DNA of 64,000 bases, from the NCBI GenBank assembly GCA_934230415.1, contig CAKQEW010000003.1, positions 73,837 through 137,836 of the forward strand, written 5' to 3'. Positions 21,395-29,099 of the stretch are shown here, piece by piece. Made by a program: the position numbers and the translations under genes. The notes below the pieces were generated by a model, which saw only the letters and a program-made list of their open reading frames with translations, had not been told where the DNA came from and searched no databases. This DNA comes from an uncultured Alphaproteobacteria bacterium. GTDB lineage: Bacteria > Pseudomonadota > Alphaproteobacteria > Rs-D84. The first letter of the stretch is position 1, and each line of letters starts with the position of its first letter.

Positions 21395-22540
21395 ATGGCA
21401 CGTCAGACACGCGTTTCAAATGCCAGTATGATGACATTTTCTGAAAAACTGTCGCGTTTTTCGGTGGCGCTGTTTATACCAATGTGCCTGGTGCTGGCAA
21501 CATCAATCGTTGTTCTGTATTCGGCGGGCGGGGGTGCATGGAAACCGTTTGCGTTATCGCAACTGGTTAAAATTTTATTGGGGTTTGGTGTATTTTTCTT
21601 TGCCGCGTTCACCAATATAAAAACATGGATAAAATCTGCATATGTGATTTATGCAATCGCGCTGGTTATGATTATACTGGTGACGTTTGTTGGCCATACT
21701 GGTATGGGGGCGCAGCGGTGGCTGAACCTGGGGTTTATTCATATTCAGCCATCTGAATTTATAAAAATTGCACTGGTGTTGGCATTGGCGCGTTATTTTG
21801 CATGGATGAATTCCGTAGAACTGGGCCAGATAAAAAATTACCTGGTGCCGATTGCAATGTTGCTGGTGCCATTTGGTCTGATTGTGGCCCAGCCAGATTT
21901 GGGTACCGCACTGTCAATGGGTATGATTACCGTTGGTGTGTTTTACATCGTTGGTGCACAAAAAAAATGGTTTATTATCGCGATTATATTGGGACTGATG
22001 GCGGCGCCGGTTGTGTGGTATGGGGGACTGCATGATTACCAGCGTGACCGCATAATAACATTTATAAATCCCGACCATGACGCCCAGGGTGCCGGTTATC
22101 AAATCAACCAGGCGAAAATTGCATTTGGCAGTGGTGGTCTGACCGGCAAAGGATACCTGAACGGGTCACAGTCCCAGCATTCATTCCTGCCGGAAAAACA
22201 GACTGATTTTATATTCACAATGTTGGGCGAAGAACTGGGGTTTGTTGGCGCATTTGGCCTGTTGGCGATATACACATGGATAATATTAGTATTGTTCTGG
22301 TGTGCAAAAACATGCCGAAATCGTTTTGGGCAACTTATCTGTTTTGGTTTTATGTTGAACTTTTTTATTTATTATTTTATAAATATTTCAATGGTTCTGG
22401 GGCTGATGCCAACTGTGGGGGTGCCGTTGCCGTTAATGTCATTCGGCGGCAGCAGCCTGTTATCACTGATGTTTGGATTCGGTCTGGCCCAGAATGCCCA
22501 TATTCACAAGGATCAACAATTATCTGCCAGGGGGAGTTAG
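21395..22540 (+). CDS. mrdB: peptidoglycan glycosyltransferase RodA (SEDS family)
   Basis: 10-TM FtsW/RodA-like protein immediately downstream of mrdA. Conserved PDLGTAL and GGSS..S segments. Confidence 0.85.
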   Translation: MARQTRVSNASMMTFSEKLSRFSVALFIPMCLVLATSIVVLYSAGGGAWKPFALSQLVKILLGFGVFFFAAFTNIKTWIKSAYVIYAIALVMIILVTFVGHTGMGAQRWLNLGFIHIQPSEFIKIALVLALARYFAWMNSVELGQIKNYLVPIAMLLVPFGLIVAQPDLGTALSMGMITVGVFYIVGAQKKWFIIAIILGLMAAPVVWYGGLHDYQRDRIITFINPDHDAQGAGYQINQAKIAFGSGGLTGKGYLNGSQSQHSFLPEKQTDFIFTMLGEELGFVGAFGLLAIYTWIILVLFWCAKTCRNRFGQLICFGFMLNFFIYYFINISMVLGLMPTVGVPLPLMSFGGSSLLSLMFGFGLAQNAHIHKDQQLSARGS

Positions 22541-22546
22541 GTTATT

Positions 22547-24811
22547 ATGAATTTACTGATTGTGGAATCACCGTCCAAGGCGAAAACAATTGAAAAATAC
22601 CTGGGGGCCGGGTGGCGCGTTATTGCGTCTGTGGGACATGTTCGTGATTTGGTCCCCGAAAACGGCAGTGTTGATACAGAACATAATTTTGATATGCGCT
22701 GGCAAATTATGCCTGGCAAGGAAAAACAAATTAAATTAATCACCGATGAATTAAAAAAGGCTGATGCAGTGTACCTGGCATCCGACCCGGACCGCGAAGG
22801 TGAAGCAATTGCGTGGCATATTCTGGACATCCTGACTGCAAAAAAAGCATTGGCGGGCAAACCAGTATATCGTGTTGCGTTTCATGAAATTACAAAAAAG
22901 GCCGTTATGGCAGCAATTGAACATCCGCGCGAAATTGACCAGAATTTGGTTGATGCATATATGGTACGGCGCGCATTGGATTACCTGATTGGATTTGGAA
23001 TTTCGCCATTGTTGTGGCGGCGCAACTTGGGTAAATCCGCGGGGCGCGTGCAATCCGTTGCGGTTAAATTGGTTGTTGACCGTGAACGCGAGATAGAGGC
23101 ATTTAAGCCAATTGAATACTGGTCATTGGGCGCAACGTGCAATGCACATGATTGTGATTTTAACGCGAATCTGATTTCCACAGGTGGCAAAAAGATAGAC
23201 AAAATGACCATAGGAAATAAATCCCAAATGGATGAAATTTTGTCACAAATTGGTACGCCTGAAATTCCGGCAACGGTTATTGCGATTGATAAAAAGAAAA
23301 CATCGCGTCGCGCCGCCGCACCATTTACAACCAGCACATTACAACAAGAGGCCGCACGTAAATTATACTTTGCATCCAAGCGCACAATGAGTGTTGCCCA
23401 AAAATTATACGAACACGGTTTGATTACGTATATGCGTACGGACGCAACAAACCTGTCGGCGGATGCAGTAAACGATATTCGTGCGTATATTGGTCGCACA
23501 TATGGTGATGCGTTTGTTCCAAAATCACCGAACGTATATATAACAAAATCTAAAAACGCCCAGGAAGCGCACGAGGCAATTCGTCCGACACACTTTGATG
23601 GCGACGCACCAAAATTAACCGGGGACGAGGCAAAACTGTATGACCTGATTTGGAAACGCACAATTGCATGTCAAATGACCAATGCTGAATTTGACAGTGT
23701 GGCCGCAGATATAGAAAACAGTGCACACAGCGCGATTTTCCATGCGGTTGGAACCACACGTATATTTGATGGATTTATGCGCGTGTACACTGAATCACGT
23801 GATGATGACACGGATTCAAACGAATCAAAATTACCACCATTGGCAACTGGCGATGCGGTTACAATAACCGCATTAACACCCGAACAACACTTTACACAAC
23901 CACCCGCCCGTTATACCGAGGCATCATTGGTAAAAAAACTGGAAGAACTGGGAATCGGGCGTCCATCAACATATGCAACAATTATGTCCACGATTGTTGA
24001 CCGTGGATATGTTGACCAGGATAAGCAGCGTCGTTTTCATCCGACCGCCGGGGGATGGGTTATTGCAGCATATTTGGCGAAATATTTTGATGAACTGGTT
24101 GATGTGAATTTTACCGCAAAAACCGAAGATACCCTGGACGATGTATCAAATGGAAAACAAGATAAAATCGCGGCATTGCGCGCGTTCTGGACCCCGACCG
24201 CGGGTATGATTGATGGTGCACGTGGTGTAAAAACGACCGAAATTATTGACCAGATAAATTCAGTTATGCATAATCACCTGTTCCCAGCTGGTAATGATAA
24301 ATGTCCAAAATGTGGCGGAAAACTGGGGATAAAATTATCTAAATTTGGCGCATTTATCGGGTGCGAAAATTATCCGACATGCAATTATACACAACGCCTG
24401 GGCACGGCAACAAATCCCGCACCAGATGGCGATACGGACACCACGGCGCGCGCAACCCCAACATCGGTTGATTTGGGTGATGGTATTTCATTCCGTGTTG
24501 GACGTTTTGGTCCATATGTGTCTGATGGCGTAAAAAATGTTGCCGCAAAACAATATACGGCGGAAACAATCACACTGGACGTGGCACGTGATTTATTGGC
24601 GGGCGGCGTGAAAAAGGCCGAACCAATTGAACTGGGGAAAAATCCAGCAACCGATAAGATGATTTATTTTTATCCAACCGGGCGATATGGCGCATATATA
24701 TCATCAAACAAGGTGAATGTTTCTGTACGTGGACAACCCGATTTAGACACCGCAATTGATTTAATTAATAATAAAAAACCGACAACGCGTTTTCGTAAAA
24801 AAAGTAAATAA
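22547..24811 (+). CDS. topA: DNA topoisomerase I (compact, single C-terminal zinc ribbon)
   Basis: TOPRIM N-terminus (LLIVESPSKAKTIEKYLG...VGHVRDL). Active-site Tyr region (YITYMRTD). C4 zinc ribbon CPKCGGKLGIKLSKFGAFIGCENYPTC. Confidence 0.85.
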   Translation: MNLLIVESPSKAKTIEKYLGAGWRVIASVGHVRDLVPENGSVDTEHNFDMRWQIMPGKEKQIKLITDELKKADAVYLASDPDREGEAIAWHILDILTAKKALAGKPVYRVAFHEITKKAVMAAIEHPREIDQNLVDAYMVRRALDYLIGFGISPLLWRRNLGKSAGRVQSVAVKLVVDREREIEAFKPIEYWSLGATCNAHDCDFNANLISTGGKKIDKMTIGNKSQMDEILSQIGTPEIPATVIAIDKKKTSRRAAAPFTTSTLQQEAARKLYFASKRTMSVAQKLYEHGLITYMRTDATNLSADAVNDIRAYIGRTYGDAFVPKSPNVYITKSKNAQEAHEAIRPTHFDGDAPKLTGDEAKLYDLIWKRTIACQMTNAEFDSVAADIENSAHSAIFHAVGTTRIFDGFMRVYTESRDDDTDSNESKLPPLATGDAVTITALTPEQHFTQPPARYTEASLVKKLEELGIGRPSTYATIMSTIVDRGYVDQDKQRRFHPTAGGWVIAAYLAKYFDELVDVNFTAKTEDTLDDVSNGKQDKIAALRAFWTPTAGMIDGARGVKTTEIIDQINSVMHNHLFPAGNDKCPKCGGKLGIKLSKFGAFIGCENYPTCNYTQRLGTATNPAPDGDTDTTARATPTSVDLGDGISFRVGRFGPYVSDGVKNVAAKQYTAETITLDVARDLLAGGVKKAEPIELGKNPATDKMIYFYPTGRYGAYISSNKVNVSVRGQPDLDTAIDLINNKKPTTRFRKKSK

Positions 24812-26427
24812 TGGCAAATTACGATAAAAATTTTACCGATGAATTGCGCACACGATTATCAATCGTTGATGTGGTGTCACGGCGCGTGCCACTGACCAAA
24901 AAAGGTCAGAATTATTGGGGATGTTGCCCATTTCATAATGAAAAAACGCCCAGTTTTTCTGTGAACGAGGACAAGGGATTTTATCACTGTTTTGGTTGTG
25001 GCGAACATGGCGACATTATTTCGTTCACAATGAAATCTGAAAATATCGGATTCGTTGATGCAATCAAAGAATTGGCAGATATGGCGGGTATGAAATTACC
25101 AGAATTCAAGCCACGCGACCCCACACTGGTTGCACGCGAAGAATCATTTTTCCAAATAATGGAACGCGCCGCCGCAGAATATCAAAAGCAATTATTTACC
25201 CCCGCGGGCGCGGTTGCGCTGGAATACATCCGGCGGCGCGGATTCAGTGATGAAATGATAAAAAAATATCGTCTGGGGTATGCACCAAAAAACAATTTAA
25301 TCGCAAATAAATTTGTTAATACAAAACAAGATATTTTAATCGGTACCGGTCTGTGTCGGCGTGGCGATTATGGGATGTATGATTTCTTTCGCGATAAATT
25401 AATGTTTCCGATTTTTTCCGCCCGCGGCCAGGTTGTTGCGTTTTCAGGGCGCAGTTTGGATGGTTCGGAACCTAAATATATTAATACAACCGATACGGAA
25501 ATATTCCATAAACGCAAAACAATTTTTGGATTTAATTTTGCCCGCGACAGCATTCATCGCAATAACCGCAGTATTATCGTAGAAGGCCAAATTGACGCAA
25601 TCCAAATGCAATGCCACGGTTTCCCAGAAACAGTTGCACCATTGGGAACAGCCCTGACCGAAGATCACCTGGCTGTGCTGTGCAAGGCAAACAGAAATAT
25701 CGTATTTTGTTTTGATGGTGATAACGCCGGGCAAAAGGCGGCGGCGCGTGCGGCAAACCTGGTATTGCCATTTATTCGCGATAATTCTGATATAAAATTT
25801 GCATTTGTATCTGGTGGCAAGGACCCCGATGAAATATTAAAAAATTCCGGGGAATCCGCCATGCACGCGATTATTGATGGTGCGGTTGGATTGACCGATT
25901 TTCTGTGGGATATTGCGAATAAAAATTATGTTGTATCAACCCCCGGTGGTCGCGCCCAGGCAGAAAAGTTTTTAAAATCCCAGACCGATAAAATTACAGA
26001 TGTTGCACTGCGCGCGGAATACGAAAACGAATATAATTCGCGCAAATTTAACCATTGGCACAAATGGTCACGTAAATCATCGGCGCCGGAAATTGCGGTT
26101 CCTGAAATTGATGCAATAACACGCAATACATTGATATTTATTACAAATCGTTTTCCAGAAATTGCCGAACGTTATGCGGAATTTTTGGCGACATTAAATG
26201 TTTCGCTGGATGGGGATGCGCCCGAAATAAACCTGGATGCGGCCGGGGCAGAAAAATACATCGTGTCGTTAAAATTGCAAAAATACCTGGAAAAATTACA
26301 GGCACAAAAGAAAGAACTGACGGCGGCATTGTTGGCGGGCGCGTCGGATGCGGCGAAAAAAATATCCGAAACAGATGCCGAAATAAAAAAATGTCATGAA
26401 AAACTGGACCTGTTAATCAACATATAA
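24811..26427 (+). CDS. dnaG: DNA primase
   Basis: Zinc-binding domain CCPFHNEKTPSFSVNEDKGFYHCFGCGEHGD. TOPRIM region (IVEGQIDAI...FDGDNAGQKAA). Confidence 0.85.
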   Translation: MANYDKNFTDELRTRLSIVDVVSRRVPLTKKGQNYWGCCPFHNEKTPSFSVNEDKGFYHCFGCGEHGDIISFTMKSENIGFVDAIKELADMAGMKLPEFKPRDPTLVAREESFFQIMERAAAEYQKQLFTPAGAVALEYIRRRGFSDEMIKKYRLGYAPKNNLIANKFVNTKQDILIGTGLCRRGDYGMYDFFRDKLMFPIFSARGQVVAFSGRSLDGSEPKYINTTDTEIFHKRKTIFGFNFARDSIHRNNRSIIVEGQIDAIQMQCHGFPETVAPLGTALTEDHLAVLCKANRNIVFCFDGDNAGQKAAARAANLVLPFIRDNSDIKFAFVSGGKDPDEILKNSGESAMHAIIDGAVGLTDFLWDIANKNYVVSTPGGRAQAEKFLKSQTDKITDVALRAEYENEYNSRKFNHWHKWSRKSSAPEIAVPEIDAITRNTLIFITNRFPEIAERYAEFLATLNVSLDGDAPEINLDAAGAEKYIVSLKLQKYLEKLQAQKKELTAALLAGASDAAKKISETDAEIKKCHEKLDLLINI

Positions 26428-26440
26428 AAACATCAAAAAA

Positions 26441-26465
26441 GGCCGGCAAATGCCGGCTTTTTTTA
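26441..26465. terminator. bidirectional terminator (GCCGGCAAATGCCGGC hairpin family)
   Basis: Perfect hairpin with a flanking A-run and T-run between convergent dnaG (+) and ychF (-). Confidence 0.6.
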
Positions 26466-26480
26466 TGCACTTTTTTACCG

Positions 26481-27560
26481 TTAATTATTGAACAAGAAAT
26501 GACATATATCGCCTTCTTGCATAACGTATTCTTTGCCAACCAGGCGCATTTTGCCGGCCTCTTTGACCGCAACTTCGCCCCCCAGCGCAATATAATCAGA
26601 TGGTGAAATAATTTCCGCACGAATAAATCCACGTTCAAAATCAGTATGAATTTTGCCCGCGGCCTGGGGCGCGGTCATACCACGTGTGATTGTCCACGCG
26701 TGCGCTTCCTTGGGACCAACGGTATAAAATGTTTGCAATCCCAATGTTTCGTACCCGGTTTTTATAACCTGTTCCAGACCAGAATGTGCCAATCTCAAAT
26801 CGTCCAAGAACATTTTACGTTCGTCTGGATTTACAATTTGCGAAATTTCCATTTCAATTTTTGACGAAATAACCAATACAGGCGCCGCATCACCATATTT
26901 GGCGCGTACCGCATCAGAATATTTGTTTCCGGTTGCGGCGGCAGCCTCTTCAACATTACAGACGTAAATCACAGGCTTTGCCGTCAACAGGTTAAATGGC
27001 GTTGCATCAACCCCAGATTTACGCGCCGGCGTGCCGGATTTCAGACCGTTATAAATTACGTTCGCGTCATTTAATAATTTAATGGCGTTTTTATCCAGAC
27101 CGTGTGCCTTTTTTTCCAGGTTTTTAATCTGTTTTTCCATGCTTTCCATATCGGCCAGCATTAATTCTGTTTCAATTGTTTCAATATCGTCCAACGGGTC
27201 AATACGACCGTTTACATGCACAATATCATCGTTTTCAAAACAACGAACAACGTGAATAATCGCGTCAGTTGATAAAATATTGCCCAAGAATTTATTTCCC
27301 AAACCTTCGCCATTTGATGCACCACGAACCAGTCCGGCAATATCAACAATTTCCAGTTGCGTCGGAATGATTTTCGCACTGTTATCCACCGCCGCCAGTT
27401 TCAGTAATATTTCATCAGGCACCACAACACGTCCTGTATTCGGTTCAATGGTACAAAACGGATAATTTTGCGCATCGGCCGCCGCTGACTGGGTTAACGC
27501 ATTAAACAGGGTTGATTTGCCAACATTTGGCAAACCGACAATTCCACAATTGAATCCCAT
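26481..27560 (-). CDS. ychF: ribosome-binding ATPase YchF (Obg-family GTPase-like)
   Basis: GIVGLPNVGKSTLFNALT P-loop, TGS C-terminal domain. 359 aa is typical. Confidence 0.9.
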   Translation of the reverse strand: MGFNCGIVGLPNVGKSTLFNALTQSAAADAQNYPFCTIEPNTGRVVVPDEILLKLAAVDNSAKIIPTQLEIVDIAGLVRGASNGEGLGNKFLGNILSTDAIIHVVRCFENDDIVHVNGRIDPLDDIETIETELMLADMESMEKQIKNLEKKAHGLDKNAIKLLNDANVIYNGLKSGTPARKSGVDATPFNLLTAKPVIYVCNVEEAAAATGNKYSDAVRAKYGDAAPVLVISSKIEMEISQIVNPDERKMFLDDLRLAHSGLEQVIKTGYETLGLQTFYTVGPKEAHAWTITRGMTAPQAAGKIHTDFERGFIRAEIISPSDYIALGGEVAVKEAGKMRLVGKEYVMQEGDICHFLFNN

Positions 27561-27587
27561 AACTAAATCCTTTATAATGCCTGTAAT

Positions 27588-28259
27588 ATGTCATACATGT
27601 GGAACGAATTCAATATAAAAACCATACGCGCAGAAACAGTTGTTTTCCGCGATGGTGTGCTGTGCGATGATTTATCAACATTAAAATCAACCACAATCAA
27701 TAAAAAATACGATTTACCGGTTCATATCATTTATGTTGGCAAAATTGCCGGTGATTGCCGGTTAAATATTGATATTTTGGTCCCGGACCAGCCGGTTATT
27801 TTATCAGTAAATGTAAAAAATGATTTGCCGGCCTTTTTGAACATTTTTATCAAAAACACCGGGAAAAATTCTGAATTACGTGGTAATATTTTACTGGAAA
27901 ATAACAGCACCCTGGATTACACATGCACCGCCCAGCATAATGGGGCAAACACGACAATTTTGTTAAAAAACAAGTTAATTGCCGGCAAAAACACAAAATC
28001 GCGTATGTCTGGGACCGCAATAATTGGTCGCGATGCCCGTGATGCGGTGTCCGATGTTGCGTTTTCAGCCATCGCTGATAAAACCGCGCGGATTGAATTT
28101 ACCCCGGCCCAGCGTATATCAATCGCCCCCCAGCGTGCCGACCACAGTGCATCAATTTATCGTCCAACGGATTGCCAAATTGAATATTTACGCGAAAGTG
28201 GCCTGGGCACCGCAGAGGTTGCCACCGCAATCCGTGAAGCATTTATGAACGATTTTTAA
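27588..28259 (+). CDS. short SufB/SufD-family protein (Fe-S assembly-like)
   Basis: C-terminal ...ADHSASIYRPTDCQIEYLRESGLGTAEVATAIREAF resembles the conserved SufBD C-terminus (H.A..G.ID.EQLFYLRSRGI..EA..L...F). At 223 aa it is about half the length of SufD. Confidence 0.45.
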   Translation: MSYMWNEFNIKTIRAETVVFRDGVLCDDLSTLKSTTINKKYDLPVHIIYVGKIAGDCRLNIDILVPDQPVILSVNVKNDLPAFLNIFIKNTGKNSELRGNILLENNSTLDYTCTAQHNGANTTILLKNKLIAGKNTKSRMSGTAIIGRDARDAVSDVAFSAIADKTARIEFTPAQRISIAPQRADHSASIYRPTDCQIEYLRESGLGTAEVATAIREAFMNDF

Positions 28260-28342
28260 TAATTCAGACATAAAAAAGCGCCCGGCAAACATACGCTTGT
28301 CGGGTACAAAATAACCACCGCGCCCATTGGACGCCCCAGGAT

Positions 28343-28477
28343 TTATTTTTTCTTAAATCCCTGTTTGGCTTTTAATTTAGGATTGGTTGGGTCAATCAAG
28401 ATAACCTGTTTACCACGGCGAATTTGTTTTATGTTACCGCGTTTTTTCCAAGCCTTTAATGAACTTAAAAATTTCAT
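28343..28477 (-). CDS. rpmJ: ribosomal protein bL36 paralogue, cysteine-free (non-zinc) type; not in ORF track (44 aa)
   Basis: Hand-translated MKFLSSLKAWKKRGNIKQIRRGKQVILIDPTNPKLKAKQGFKKK. Closely resembles L36 (MKV.SSLKS.K.R...CQIVKRRG...VI.K.N.RFKA.QG) but lacks all Zn-ligand Cys/His. ATG 28475-28477 (minus) with a GGA RBS. Confidence 0.65.
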   Translation of the reverse strand: MKFLSSLKAWKKRGNIKQIRRGKQVILIDPTNPKLKAKQGFKKK

Positions 28478-28561
28478 ATCTAAATCCTTTATTGCGTGGT
28501 GATTATAAACGCTTTTTGTAAAAAATCAAATAATTATTATATTTTTGTTGTAGTTATTGGC

Positions 28562-28767
28562 CCTGTTTATATTGTTGAAAACATTTGTTAACTTTTTATA
28601 AACAGGTTTTCAACATAAAAATCCGCGGTTTTTGTGGGGTTGGTGCAATTGTGTTGATAAATATTGGCAAAAATAAACATGTTTAAAAAGTGCCAGTTTT
28701 CATCATTTTTAACAATTTTCAGGGGTTGCTTTTTATACTTGTTGAAAATTGTTGAAATTGTTATAAT
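28562..28767 (+). promoter_or_regulatory. virB3-virB4 upstream control region with TTGTTGAAA repeats and a sigma70-like promoter
   Basis: TTGTTGAAA at 28572, 28739 and 28749 (direct), with inverted copy GTTTTCAAC at 28606. A 10-bp inverted repeat CCTGTTTATA/TATAAACAGG sits at 28562 and 28597. TTGTTG (28739), 17 nt spacer, TATAAT (28762). GGAGAGAGG RBS before the ATG at 28800. Confidence 0.4.
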
Positions 28768-28799
28768 TCAAGCACAGGGAGAGAGGAAATCATATCCAC

Positions 28800-29096
28800 A
28801 TGAAACAACAAGTACTGAAAGCAATAGCGAATCCAGCGCGCATATTTTATGTGCCATATATGATGGCGGTGCTGAATTTTGCCATACAATTCATGATTTT
28901 TATTGTTGTTTTCGTTATTTCGTTAATCACGACACGTGGTAAAAATCCAATCAGTCCGATGTGGTTTCTGATTTCTGTGTTAATTGTTCATTTGATTTTG
29001 GCGGCATTTGCAAAGCGTGACCCACAACTGGGCCAGATTTTGTCCGCAAAAATTCAATTGTTCAAAAAAAAGATACCTAACAGATTGGCGGCATAA
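28800..29096 (+). CDS. virB3: type IV secretion system protein VirB3/TrbD-like
   Basis: 98 aa two-TM protein with L.KA.ANPARIFYVPYMMAVLN resembling the VirB3 L..A.TRPA...GVP motif. Sits immediately upstream of virB4. Confidence 0.7.
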   Translation: MKQQVLKAIANPARIFYVPYMMAVLNFAIQFMIFIVVFVISLITTRGKNPISPMWFLISVLIVHLILAAFAKRDPQLGQILSAKIQLFKKKIPNRLAA

Positions 29097-29099
29097 GAG

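Noticed and set aside
28024-28248. 74-aa ORF inside the SufD-like gene in another frame
   Set aside because: It overlaps the conserved SufBD C-terminal block encoded in the main frame.
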